A stretch of 64,000 nucleotides of DNA from Bugula neritina (GCA_964035545.1 OZ037771.1:1251628-1315627), one strand, 5' to 3'; shown: positions 24,901 through 38,900, counted from the first letter of the stretch. Numbers and translations are program-made. Notes: a model not told the origin generated them from the sequence alone.

Positions 24901-27900
24901 GCATGGAGGAGTGGGAGGCATTGTACTGCTAGCCTTTGTAATATCATACTTCCTTCTACCTGTGAATGGTAAGTGTACATACTATGCGCTAATAAATGTT
25001 CACTTCTAATGCTTAGTTCACACATAAAAAATAAATTCATATACATAATTAACAAGAATTTATTCAGTGTGTAAAAAACTATAAAATAAATAATTATATT
25101 GTTTATTATTGATGCACATATTGCATATACTTTACTCTTTTAGAAGCTTGTTTCTATACAAACAAGTGTTTCCTTCAAGTGGTGTTGGTACTACAGGCGT
25201 ATTTTGAATTCTACAACGAGAAAAGCATTCTGTAATAGGAAAACTTGACATAAACAAAATTAATAAGAGAAAATACTAGTAGAAACTGCTCATATAAACT
25301 ACTAGTAGAGATTACTGTTAGAAATTGCTAGAACAAATTGGTAGTAGAACTAATTGCTAGTAAACACTAATAGCCTGTAGATTTAATTAGAAAACAACAG
25401 AGTCTTCTAGGCAGCTTTTGCAAAGTATATAATTAATCACTGCTACCATATGGTGGTATAATAGCCAGTGCTGTAAAATAATTTTGCCCCCACTGGCATT
25501 CGAACCCGAGACCTCTGGCTTGCAAGCAAGTGTCCTAACCATTGCACCACCAAGACCATTAGGGAAACTTATCACTGCAAGTGCCATGTTTATTTCTATT
25601 TTTAGCTCAGGAGGTTTTGGGTTTAACTATAGAAGTTTTGATAAATTTGTATCAATCATTTACACTTCAATATTTTAAAATGTGGGGTATTTAAAGTTTA
25701 CTGTTAAAGTATAATTATTTCAAATTATAAAAACAGTTTATATTATAAATATTATGAAAACATAAGCTACTTAAAAATAATAGACGTCAGCATTAATGTT
25801 GCTAGTATGATTTACCTTTATTACAAAATACAAATATAAAATATTAATTAAACTTTATCTTATTTGAAGATTATACCACAAAAGAAGCTGAGACAACAAA
25901 CTGGACAATTAAAGAAATGCTGACACACCCTAATGTCTTACTTTCCGTCATCCTTATTTTCTTTTTTGGAATGTTTTATATGATGAACAACCCTACTTTA
26001 GAGCCTGAACTGCAGTCCAAGGTCTGTTTCACACATGCAAACTTAGAACACCATAGCGAATCACAGACAGAAAGAAATTTAGCACATCTTTTTATTTTTA
26101 TCTGTTGAGTGAACTTTTAAATTGTTGTACTATTTCTTTGAAGAAATCTCTTTTTCTATTGCAGTTTAATTTGCGTCAAGAGTCAAGCTCTTTGGTTTTT
26201 CTAGCTAACCCAGTTTTCTATTTTCTCTCAGCTCCAATTGCCTCTAAATTTAGAGAAAAGCTTGTGAGTATTATTGACGTTGAATAGTACTCATGCAGTA
26301 CAATATTGAACTTTTATGTTTGCTGCAATGAGTCAGTTATACAAGGCATTATTACAGTATAGTTGAGCAAATGAAAACAACAATCTTCTGATATACACTA
26401 GCTTTTAGATCATGGTCTCATTTATTATGGTTTTAAGTAATTTGCTGTGTATATCTCTAGTTGCCATATTCAGTTTCAAACAACAAAGGGCTGGTACATA
26501 GTCATCTAATAAAAGCTCTTCTGCTTCATTTTTTATACTTGCAGAAAAAAGTTGAGAATCTGTATTGTATGGCAGTAAATCTCCTTCTTGGATTCATAAC
26601 TTGCATGATTATGGGACCTTCTCCTCTCTTTGTAGGACTTCATAGGTATCATTTAAATTATCTACTTCATGCACTTACATTTGTATTTCAACATATAACT
26701 GGTAGAAGTAATCTAAAAACTTAAATACAACAGACTTAAACTTTTAGCTCAAGTTTTTAGCCAAAATATAGGGTGTGCATAATAATGACTGTGATTCAAT
26801 ATTTTATGTGTATATAGCGGCTTTCTTCACAGTACTATATAATCATAATTATATATCTTTGCATAAGCTATGCCATCGAGTTGTTCCTCTTCAAGTAATA
26901 GCACACTGTTAGTATTCCAGAAGATTCTTTATGGTAAATTAAAAAATAGCTTGGACGCCCTTCTGTTGTCATTTTTTTATTGGAATATAAAGCAGAGAAA
27001 GCTAAAATATGCATAACAGGTACTATGCAAGCAAATTGCATGTTGATCAGTTGGAGTGTATACTACACACCATGCAGTCAGTAGCCTATATAGCATTGTT
27101 TGTTATTATTGTGTTGCACTGACCTAATTGATGCAAACTAATAGTTGGATCCTACATTTGCTAGGAATGTGCTGTATGACAGTTGACACCATGTGGATCA
27201 GTTTTATTTGAACATTATGTTTTAGTAATTATAGTTGTGGAATGCTTACCTATATACATTAATTTTATTAAATAACTGTAAATGCTCCAAAGATTTAATT
27301 CAACATTTCAATTGCCAAAATTTAAAGGTAATATTCTCATAAAAATACTTTATTAACATCTGACCTAAGCATATTGCCTCATCACCTATTTTAAAGCAGG
27401 TCTATTTGCTTCCAATTGAGATTAAATTTAGAAAGCAAATTTTTGGCAAGTTTCTATAACAACTTGACTCTGTGCTGGAGTCAGGCATTTCCTAACTATA
27501 TACCAGTGTGGTGTAATTTTGTAGACCTTTATGGGTGTTAGTTATAACCTTGGCACTTCAAGGTTTCTTCACTGGAGTTGGGGCTGTATTCACCCTTGAG
27601 TTGGCTTTCATTCCAATGAACAGGTGAATGTTAGCTTTTAATCTATAAACACTAATATTATGCATAGAATTATTATAAAGTCGAAATAATAAATTGTAGC
27701 AGTAGCAGTAACAGTAGCAGAAACAATAGCAGTAGCATGGTAACAGTAGCATGGTAACAGTAGCATGGTAACAGCAGCATGGTAACAGCAGCATGGTAAC
27801 AGTAGCATGGTAACAGTAGCATGGTAACAGTAGCATGGTAACAGCAGCATGGTAACAGCAGCATGGTAACAGCAGCATGGTAACAGTAGCATGGTAACAG

Positions 27901-28891
27901 TAGCATGGTAACAGTAGCATGGTAACAGTAGCATGGTAACAGCAGCATGGTAACAGTAGCATGGTAACAGTAGCATGGTAACAGTAGCATGGTAACAGTA
28001 ACATGGTAACAGTAGCATGGTAACAGTAGCATGGTAACAGTAGCATGGTAACAGTAACATGGTAACAGCAGCATGGTAACAGTAGCATGGTGACAGTAGC
28101 ATGGTAACAGTAACATGGTAACAGTAGCATGGTAACAGTAGCATGGTAGCAGTAACATGGTAGCAGTAGCATGGTAACAGCAGCGTGGTAACAGTAGCGT
28201 GGTAACAGTAGCATGGTAACAGTAGCATGGTGACAGTAGCATGGTAACAGTAGCATGGTAACAGTAGCATAGTAACAGTAACAGTAGACTTATTTTATTA
28301 GCAGTTTCAAAAACAACGCTTAGATATTTAGAAATTGGCTAGCAGTAGATGTAGTCAAATGTAGCAAATAATGTGAAATGTTTGCTGCCTCAACAGAGGG
28401 AGTGAACTGACAAGGGAGATGAATTCTGCAACGCAAGCCTTAGTGTCCGGTATTTGGTTGACTATGCTATCATTTGGGTGAGTCTATAGTACAACATAAC
28501 ACTGCAGTATAGAGAGTTATGTTCTCTCTATATGTCAGCAAACAGGGCTATATTTAGAATGAAGTTACAGACTTTACGTCACATTTACCAGCCAATCTCT
28601 ATTTTATGTAATCTAGCTTATAGTAATTTTTCTAATTGAACACGTCGTCAAAACTAATATAAATTAAGCAAACAGGTTTCAAGTAATAGAAACCCTAATT
28701 TTTGTAGAAACTTCATTTCACCGATACTGTCTGGTATGTTCATAGAAAAGATGAGTTTTGGGTGGACAACTACAATATATGGAACCATGTGTCTAGTACT
28801 AGCTGTAATAGTATTACTGACACAAGTCTATAGAACTGTTAGAAATCACTATGGAAAATTAGACTCTGAGAATAAGCCTCTGCTGAAATAA
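21989..28891 (+). CDS. MFS transporter, SLC18B1-like, tandem copy C (~483 aa, most diverged)
   Basis: Exons 21989-22225, 22909-23004, 23109-23354, 23732-23800, 24881-24968, 25870-26021, 26165-26263, 26545-26645, 27525-27623, 28397-28477, 28708-28891 (TAA); exon 2-11 sizes identical to A/B, open frame. Start could be ATG 21998. Confidence 0.88.
22591..22630 (+). repeat. (AAAAGGGGT)x4, potential G-quadruplex
   Basis: GGGG runs at 22595, 22604, 22613, 22622 with TAAAA loops. Confidence 0.8.
24051..24244 (-). mobile_element. tRNA-derived SINE, family 1, with internal deletion of the B-box region
   Basis: Matches 481-696 (GGCACAGGAGCAATTATGACTGGATGC, CTCTAACCCCTAGA) but lacks the TCGAACTC segment. 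Confidence 0.88.
25485..25557 (-). mobile_element. tRNA-like head (second SINE family or tRNA pseudogene)
   Basis: Minus strand GGTCTTGGTGGTGCAATGGTTAGGACACTTGCTTGCAAGCCAGAGGTCTCGGGTTCGAATGCCAGTGGGGGC has A box and GGTTCGAAT B box, but stems pair poorly. Confidence 0.65.
27697..28287. repeat. 14-nt minisatellite (AGTAGCATGGTAAC)n
   Basis: About 40 copies in an intron of copy C; source of the MLLLPCYCYHATVT ORFs. Confidence 0.97.
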
Positions 28892-29785
28892 TATTTATAT
28901 AAAATATTACATTTTTCTAAAGATTTATTATTTTTACTACATGGTTCAAAATTTAGAATTTTTTGTATAAATAGCAAACTTAACTTTTAGTATAACACAG
29001 TACATCGAAATTCCCAATTTAATCATGGGGATGTTTTATGGTCTCATTTTATGAATCACTAAAATAGCTTTCAAAGCTAGCGAGTTGATAAAAATATTTT
29101 TAGAGAATAATTTTAATCTAACACTTACTATGACTCAGCACTTTATGTAACGCATGCTGCCAAAGCAAATATTTTGAGAAAATTGCCAAAATTTGACTTT
29201 TGTATATTGTCGTAACCAGGGAACTGGAACCTATTATACATTAGGTATAGAGTTTAAATCACATTCAATATATTAGGTTTATACACTGGCTTGGAAGTGA
29301 AGAATAAATAGATTGTAGATAAAAATTTCTCTCTAAAGATAAGATAATTTTCTGTTACATACATTGATAAGAAGTACAAGTAAGTGACATAATGGCATCT
29401 CCAAGGTGAAGGTCTAATGTCACATTGCTGTCACTTTGCTCTTCAGACCTTTGATTAAGTAGAAGCTCTATATATTTTACTAATATAACAGTAACTGTAT
29501 TATATTTTATTTATCAGATATCGTAATATAAAGTAAAACAATATAATATTAATTAATATCTGTCCTTGAATGGGCGGGTTTAATATGGTGAATTGCTACA
29601 AAAGTATAAAAACAAATTGCTGAGTGAAATCCGGTTTCAAAACAATACAATGTCCTGTGCAGCAGACATCAATGGTTTGTAAGTATGAGCCAATGAGCTC
29701 TTCTCTTCATAATATATTCTCTTTCTTCATATAAGTTTAATTTCTTCGCTTGAATTCAATATTGTCAGACATTGGAACTTTTCAC

Positions 29786-30632
29786 TCACTTTTCATTATC
29801 AACTGAATTCAAAGATGTGCTTATGGACCAATCACTGTTTACAACAGATGTAGACAACCTATCACAATTGCTGTACCTCTCGTTGTTGGCAGTATTTTTG
29901 TTGCAGTGAGTTACAACTATCATAGGGGTTAGTCCGTACTGATTGTAGGGATGGTGGCGCTTTAACGAGATACAGAAAGCTGAAAAGAATAGAAATAGAC
30001 TAAAACATATCATAATTTTTTGTACATTGTCAAGCATTTTTAACAAAAGATTTAGCGGTCAGTTTTTGATAATGCTTATTTATTTTACATAATATACTTC
30101 TAATCTTTCTTGTAAAATAGCTAATTGTATATAAACTATATATTTTACTTTATAGCCTTCTATATATTGTATAAGCTATGTGTGCTGCATTATAATATTA
30201 TACACTTTGTATACACTGTGTACAGTGTATATACTGCGTATTATCCCGTATAATGTATAAGCTTGTATATTATACAGTATATATCCTATATACACAAGAG
30301 ACAGTATATATACTGTATATAACAAACATGATGTAGTATACATAATATCCTGCATGTTTCAAAGATATACTACGTTATATATATAAAGATACAATATACT
30401 GTATATATAAGGATATAATAATATACTGTGTATATTAAATATATAAATAATGAACCTCACCTAGAATCACACTGAGTAGATAGACTAAAGGCAGCACTGA
30501 AATCACCCAGAGAGCAACCTTTAACCCTACAGGCAGGTGTGAAGTTGTGCTCTCATACGACTCTGCAGTAGCACTGTTCAAAACAGTTGCTATGGTAACC
30601 GTAGAGTCTGACACTTCCTGTAACACAGCCAT
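29786..30632 (-). CDS. Small uncharacterised single-pass membrane protein (121 aa)
   Basis: Exons 30632-30461 and 29979-29786 joined by a phase-1 GT-AG intron (CTAG|GTGAGG ... TTTTCAG|CT), restoring a continuous hydrophobic helix VALWVISVLPLVYLLSVILAFCISL followed by KRHH; an acceptor 5 nt before the ATG implies upstream exon(s). Confidence 0.7.
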
Positions 30633-33600
30633 GTCACCTGCAGTAAATATATTCGAGGCATAGAAGAAGGTTCAATGGCTGCCATTAGTAATAATATACA
30701 TTCATTTATGATGCCTTAATAATTATGCTGCATGATAAACCAAGCTGTACACTGAATGAAAATATTACAATTTATCACATTACACAGATAAGAAATAACA
30801 TATAATATTGCGCATTAGGTAATTATACATGTTAAATATTATATATTACATATCATATATAACATTATTGTATTAGATATTATATATATACTAATTTAAA
30901 CATTTGCGTGACATCTCATTAGATTTCATTACTATAACATATTTGTAAAACTTGAAAATACTTGAAGCTTTTATTTTTGCTAACTTCAACGTTTTAACAC
31001 CAGATTTTTAAATTTTCAACACCAGAAAGTATATTATATCAAGCCACAGATATGGCTGTCTTCCAAGTCAATTATCGCAGGCCGAGTGTATCAAGAAATC
31101 AATGTCAAGGAGTTGAGAATTAATTAAAAGGATGTGGAATAGCGGCTCAGGAGGGTGAAGAAGTGTTATATGATGTCAATAAGTAGCTGTTTTTGCTGCA
31201 CCGCATGCATAAAAGTGAGCTAAAACTGTAAAGTAAGTAAAGGTGTTGAAGCTGAGGATTTCTGCTAGCTAGTGGTTATACAGAGTAGACCCACATTCTA
31301 ATGGAAAGAGTGGTCACTGCCTTTAATGTTGTTAGTAACATACCTTTAGGAGAGTTAAAGGATTACTGAATTATAGAGCATGAATTTACTATGTTATATG
31401 TCCACCAAAAGAGTTGATTCTATAACACAGGAGGGTACCTTATATTATGATATGTAAAGAAGACTAAACAATATTTTTGTTTTCCTACATAATTTGAAGA
31501 AAAATAAGTTTGAGAAACACAATTTATTGATTTTACTTGGTTACTCATAACTTTCTAATGATAGGAAAAAATGTTTACAGTTCATTATAAACTTGGAATC
31601 TTCAGCTCAAACACAAAACTAGCACTCGATTTAGGGGGCCTTATTCTGCACCTCAAACTATAATACTACTTGAATGGAAAGTAGCTATTCTAATCACCCA
31701 TAAGTACCCGTAAAATCACACCATGAGATTAAAATATTGATGAATACAGAGAGCAAAAACTAATTGAAACTTGGAAAAGTAAAAGGTATTTAAAGTCTTT
31801 TGCTGCATAACTTGTGAGTCAAACTAGTACCAACATGGCAACTACAGACGAGGTTTTCCTTCTCAATTTTGGCAGACTTGAACTGAGTTATCAAAACCTT
31901 CACTAGAATTCAGCCTGTTATTACTATTTAAACTACAATTTAAAATACAAATTCTGTATTCAGTGAGACAAGAATAATTACCAAAGAACACGTTTGGTAA
32001 TTCAGAATTCCTTTACTTGTTCTCATTTAAATCTATTAACTGAAAACATTCTACAAGCATTTGCACATTGCTTATATAAGCTGTCCCTGAGCTAATAAAG
32101 CATCACTTGGAAATAGAATACCCATTGTGATTAGATAGTATATATCATTATGTAATAAAAACACCCATTCAGTAGTATTAATAACACAATATACAAGTTT
32201 ATAAGCCAAAACAAGCTTTGTAATATTTACCTGATTGTTAGCAAAGTGACAGAATTTAAGACAGGTCTGTATTTCTCCAAAGTCTAATATATATTCCAAT
32301 ATAATAATAATTTTTACGTTTATTTATATGCTACAATGTTCGTCTAACTACGACACATACAGTAGCCGTGCAAGTGACAGCGCTACCCTTGATACTAATA
32401 ATAGATTCTTCTGCTTCTCAAGTTAATCATAAGTAGATCAATAAACAAATAATTATATATTTAGCTACAACAACAATGATCAATAACACACTTTTTGTGA
32501 ATAGAAACTGATGTGGAAAATTCTAAATTATGCACTTGATGCTATGCATGCAGGGGTTGTGAGGTTTGGGGTTTTCTTTTTGATAGTGCTTTTTATGGCA
32601 ATATATAGTATTACTTTTAGTATTATACATTATATATCAAATTTTACATATAACCTTATACTATATAGTTCATGATCTATAAATTAATTTTTATGCACAT
32701 AGCTTTGTTGAATATTTATGAAAACTATACTATTTTTTCGTATTTTCCATGAATTTCTGGTTATAATAAAATTGTATATATTGAAAATCATGTTTACATG
32801 TTATGAAATTTAGAAATCCAATTTATATGGCTTGTAGAAACAAATTTGCGTGTAAGGTTTGTATATAAAGTATAGTTGTTTTAGAATTGAGATGAAATAC
32901 TTTCAAGAAACCACAATTTATCAAGTTTTGCAGAGAGTGTGTTAGTTGAAAATTCTATCATAAGTTGTTGGACAAACAAAGGCACAGAAGACAGAAAAAT
33001 GTTTTGCAAAAAAGGGCAAACAACCCACACATATTAGTATGAATTCTTGACTTACAGTGCTAGAAGTATTCTTTATAAAACGGTGCAGCATATTCAATAA
33101 CATCTGATCATAATGCTACATGAGAGTTCTTGATAAACATGTAGATTGAATTATATGATATAATATTATCTCTACTAAGATACCAACCCTATCACCTTTT
33201 AGTTTAATCATTGCTATAGCCTGTGATTCGAGCTTGTACCTGCAAGGTTTCCTGTTGCGCACTGTCCGAGAGCTTCGTACAGGAGAGATAGTAGCAAATT
33301 TCATGAACAAGATCAAGAAAAATCAAGATCTTGATTAAGATCAAGATCAAGATCCATTTATGAAAATATTGAACACATGTGATATTTAGAAATCTTTTAG
33401 TGAACTATGTTATTTGCAAATAACTATTGTATCATAGGTATTCCGTCAATAATCTTTCCCTGGTTTCAAATTTATAAAACGGTTCAGCTTTGTTGTTTAA
33501 GAGTTGTGTTCTATGTAACTCTTTTATACCAAAGACTCGCTGACAAGTTTACGAAAGTTCGAAAAATCTAATATAAAATAAAAGTCTATTGCAACGAGCC

Positions 33601-35205
33601 ACACAATGACAGTTATAATTCACTTCCGACATGTATCAAAATGAAACTGCAAACAAGGTGAAGGCAGCTCTTTTAATAATATAATATAATAATTATTTTA
33701 ACAAGCATATTATATTAAATATGTGCAATAGTGAACTAGTTCTTAGAGATTTGTACAGGTAGAACTAAGGGGAATATTTTGTAATTGGTTACGGCTACAA
33801 ACTTGTAGGGTATAGCTTTAGTTTGGCTCCATTTTCATTTTGATTTGCTTTTACTCTTAGTCTTAGTTTTAGTTTTACTTTTAGCTTTACTTTAGTCTTA
33901 GATTCTTCAGAAAAAATTTCATTTGAATCTGCTTTGAACACTAGTACTATCACTATGAGCATGCTCAAGGATAATATAAGTGTAATCTTAAATACTATAC
34001 CTTTCTATGCCTATCAAATTTTTGTTCACATTAAATCACCCTGTTGGATAAAAGAAGTGTGCAACATTTTTTATTATAGGCTGCATGTATGCACCTGTAA
34101 TCAGTAATTACATACTCAAAAATAATTTACATTAGAATTGAAACAGGCCTAGTTGACCTGTCTGCTAAAAATGCAGGACGAGACTGCGCTGTGGTTGCTG
34201 TATTCAATCCAATATTCAAGTCCCTATTTGCTCGTGGTAGAAAACTATAACTATCATTATCATTATAATTTCGAGCACGAGTTATATGTAATTGTAAGAC
34301 TGGCATAGTATCACTATGAATATGTCATGTTTTAAATGAAAATAATAAAAACATTCAAATTCAACGCCTTGTTGATTAGGTAAAATTGACTATAATATTA
34401 TAATATTATAATAATACATATATATTATGCTGCTTAAAATGGTCATTCACTGAGTGTTTGAGAAATAAATCTTTCATCTCATGATGTTCTTTGAAATTAC
34501 AGAAAATAGCTGATATGATAAAAGTTATAATGATTTATTAAAATAAGCAATTCTGAGTGATTAATCAAGAATTAATTCAGTTGTTGAAGTTGATGCCAGT
34601 TTGCAGGGGTGAGATAAGATGCTGGTTGTTTTAATCTACCATTTTTTAGGCCTGATAGTTGTGTGTATTTAGCTGACCAGTCCAAGGTGGTTGGCTGAGT
34701 AAAATTACTATGAATCGTAATATTTTAATTAATTGAGAAATCTATTGAAGACTTGTTCAGTATTAGTCTAATACTAATAGTAATACTGTTAATTTTGTGT
34801 GATAAAGTAACGTTATGTTTGGGGCTGATTCAATGGTTTCAGTCTTTTCTGTCAGGTTTTTTCAAATTACTTTTATTTGTATTTCATTTTACTTTTTTAA
34901 TATTTCTATTCATGTATTTTACTGTATGATCAGAAAATGTGAGACCTAGTCATTCTATTTACAATAGTACGTATATATGATCTACATGGTGGGAGGTAAC
35001 GATATTCACAAGCGGTTATTAAGTTCTCATTCAACCTTACATCATACTTTCATGGAACGCCTTTCATTCCCCTATTATATAGCTAATATATATGATGTAT
35101 AAATCTATATGCTGGTGAATTCTTAGAATCCCAGGCCCTCTAATGGTATGCAAAGTTTTAGGCTATAAAAGACTATTATGTAAAGCTTTAATACCTGAGG
35201 AGGTA

Positions 35206-35345
35206 ACAAAATGAAACTGACATCTCTTTCATCTGATAACCTTTACACTTAAGATAAGGCACTATATAAACACAGCTCATTCACTATTCCTTCTAATGCT
35301 ATTCGATGCATTAACAATAAGAAACTGATGGCAGTTTCATTTTGT
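35206..35345. repeat. Short foldback element with 19-bp terminal inverted repeats
   Basis: ACAAAATGAAACTGACATC ... GATGGCAGTTTCATTTTGT (1 mismatch). Confidence 0.6.
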
Positions 35346-35511
35346 ATCATATAATACTGTGCAGTTTACTGTAACCTGCATTGTGCAGTTTACTGTAACC
35401 TGCATTGTGCAGTACATGGAATGACTATCCCAGCTACCGGTCATTTCCTTTCTTTAGTTCTTCACCACATCCTCAGCTTGGCTAACTGTGAGTTGCTGTC
35501 TTGTGTCGTAG

Positions 35512-35573
35512 TGAAGTGTTAGAGAATAGCGGCAGCAGCAATGTTGCTGCCGTTGCTATTCTCTAACACTTCA
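35512..35573. other. 62-nt near-perfect hairpin
   Basis: TGAAGTGTTAGAGAATAGC / GCTATTCTCTAACACTTCA perfect 19-bp arms plus inner GGCAGCA / TGCTGCC. Confidence 0.85.
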
Positions 35574-35914
35574 TAGTAGTAGTTGTGAGTGAACTCTACT
35601 TAACTGTTGAATATTCTAGATAGTATCAGGTATTGAAGTGAAATATGATCAGTTTGATTACAAACTAAGCAATACTTATTACACATTTCTAGTTGAGGGT
35701 TTATCACTTTGACTTTGTCATCAAACACTCCACAAACTTGTAGTTTCACTGTTATGTTGTATCATTCACTCACAGTCTTGAGAATTGTTAGATTTTACAG
35801 GCAATTTAGGAAAGATATAGTAACAATCATGTCTTGTTTTTAGGGTTGGTGAATCAGGGAACCACACTATTCCTATTTGTGACATTGCGTTGTACCGGTG
35901 CACCTGAACTCAAA

Positions 35915-38900
35915 ATGAAGGACACTGTAACCGTGACATACACAAAGCAGAAGAGCTGTTTCTGCTCCGTATCTAGCCGCCAACTTTTCTCTATATTTAA
36001 ATCAAAGAGTCATCAAACAGTCAACCCTGTAAGGTTTCACTTTAATAAATATTGTGCATGAAAAATTGGTTCACTTTTTACATCGTGCACAGGTTGTTGC
36101 GTCAACGTGAACATTTATTGTGTCTACTAAATGATTTTTTGTGTCCAGCGTGTTCATGTATGATCTGTCTACACTGTATTCCGATGGGCTATACACTTGT
36201 GATCTTTGCAGACCGCAAAATGGTAAATTTGTTACAGTTGCTACATTATTTTTCTAATATCAGAATTTTTGCTTACTTTTGCTCTACTTTTGCAAAATTG
36301 TGCTTTTATCTGACATGTAATATTCAGCAGACGACATTTACTGTAGCTGTTACATAAGGAAATGATGTTTAATTCTTGTAGATTTGTCTGAAAGTCACAG
36401 CTCTTCAGACATCTACCTGCGTGTATGTTTCAGCTACACACATAACCGACTCTGGCACAGGGCAGCCTACTCTAAACATACCTGGTTTGTTTGCTACCAG
36501 CTGTTTGCAACTCAAAGATAAATCTCAGGTTAGTGTATCTGACTTATATAAACTGCAAGTAGTGAAATGATTTGCCTTAATCATCCTATACTCTCTCTCT
36601 CATCATGAAGCTGATTGCATATTTTTAAACGGATTTTTTTTAAACTTTCTAGTTGATTTTAACTTTTTCAATTTAGTATGACTTTTAAGTTTGTTTTAAT
36701 GCCTATGCACAAAACACAGTTTGAATTTAGCCGAGTGAAGGCATTGTTAATGTTGGCTATTATGTCAGATTGAAAGAATTGAAGTTTAGCATTTTTTCTA
36801 AACTGAAACCGACAAATAATTTTCAAAAAAAATGAAACTGCAAAGGAAAATGAAACTGCAAAATAAAGTGAAACTGTAAAGTAAAGTGAAACTGTAAAAT
36901 AAAGTGAAACTGCAGTGACAATTTCACTGTATCTCTCACATCAATACCACTTTATAGACAGCAATACACACTAGGCAGCTTAAATCTAAATTAAACAGAG
37001 CAAAACAATTTATGCTTTGAAAGGAAAAAATCAATTGAGTTGATGAATTATATTGTTACTTATATTTATACATTAAATTAAATTGATTCAGTATGAAAAA
37101 CACTTCATGACTTGGAATTTAAGATTTGTGATCTCAGGTACATATTACTGTATAATTTGGTATTAGCATGTGAACATGTGGGAGGGTGGGGGTGGCACTC
37201 TGAAATACTGTAGCTTGTATTTGGTATACACAGCTATTGGTGTGATTATACAGGTACAGGTGGAGATAATTAAACCTCCACCAGTTTGTGCAAGTGCATT
37301 CATTGAACCGGTGTCAGCGGATGACTGGGATATAATGGTAAGTAAACAGCAGTTATTACAATATGTTGTGTGTAGTTGCAGCAGTATTGGCAGCAGTATT
37401 GACAGCAGTATTGACAGCAGTTTGAATGTGCTACTATTCTAAGTCTACCCTGCGGAGGGGGTACTAGCATTTGTTTTATTTTATAGACATTCAACTTGGT
37501 TTGTATGAATCAGATGAAATCACTAAAGTGCTATTATATATTATATGTGTTGTGTGTTTTCATGTTGTTATCAATACTCCATAGGAGATGCATGCTACAG
37601 AAATCAGATCCAAATTGCTTGATCAGATCCGATTAATATGGAAAGGGCAGAAAATTCCAATAACTGTTGGGAAAAATATTATAGTGTTTGGGAGAGTGGG
37701 TGAGTATAGTAATAGTGTAGTGTTGTTAGTTTATATCATCTATGATTTCATTGTGAGAGTAATTTGTTAGAGAAGCAGCTAGATAGAAAGCTTTCAGTTA
37801 AGTAGCCAGTATTTTTAGTATGAATTTGAACTCATTCTATATCTATTACTCTAAAGGACATGCTTTGTTTCCTCTCATGAACTCTCTTATTGGTGGATAA
37901 TAATGCCGCCTTGTTTGAAGTCAAACTATGTATTATCCAGTTATTATTGCCAATTAACTTAAACGTAATAATGAAATTCGTTATTAAACTTTTTTCACTA
38001 TCATTGAAATCATACTTCTCAAGATTATAAAAAGGTTATTTAATGGACTCTTGAGGTAGTATGGAGTTAAATCTATCAAATAGCTGCCTGCCTCTCACCA
38101 GGCAGGTTATATTTACCTGTCTATCACTATGCAGGTAATATTTACCTGTCTCTCACTATGCAGGTAATATTTACCTGTCTATCACTATGCAGGTAATATC
38201 GAGCCCCCATCACAAGACGCGTGCTACTTGCTGGCTACAGGCACAGAGTTGTATGTTTCTGGAAAAGATAAGAGGAGGCAACTGTCAGCTCAACAGCAGT
38301 CTGAGCCACCTAAGGTAAAACCTAAGGTAAATACTAAAGCAAATACTAAGGTAGATACAAAGGTAGATACTAAAGTAAAACCTGAGGTAAATACTAAGGT
38401 AAAACCTAGTATATAGTGACACTGATATGTGAATGGTTTAGTGAGTGCAGATGTGTGCAGGTGAGTGCAGGTGGGTGCAGATGTGTCCAGATGTGTGAAG
38501 GTGAGTGCAGGTGAGAGGGTAGTAAGGTATTAGTTGCAGAGTAAGAAGTAGTGGTGAAGGTGGATGTATAAACAGTACTTATACTAATGATACGTTACTG
38601 TATCTTTAAATATATAGCAGCATGTTGCTTTTACTAGACAATTATACATTCTAATATTGTTTTAGAAGCAGCCCAACCCCCCTAAGGGTGAGCCTTCATC
38701 GATGTTTGGTTTTTTCGCCAATCTCTTGTCCACCAGCACGCCCCAAGAGCCAGTCAGAACCAATAAGGTTACTCCATCCCAATTTGCTATTGATTACCCA
38801 GAGACGAAGCAGTGGCCTCAGTTCTATTCGAATACTCCTATTATAGCTAGGGTGGAAACAATCAACCCCCGTGATTATGAAGGTGAGACATTTACTTTAA

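Noticed and set aside
25485-25557. Functional tRNA gene
   Set aside because: Acceptor and anticodon stems do not pair properly; better explained as a SINE head or pseudogene.
27558-28270. Cys/His-rich 189-232 aa ORFs resembling metal-binding proteins
   Set aside because: A 14-nt intronic repeat gives the same peptide in all three frames.
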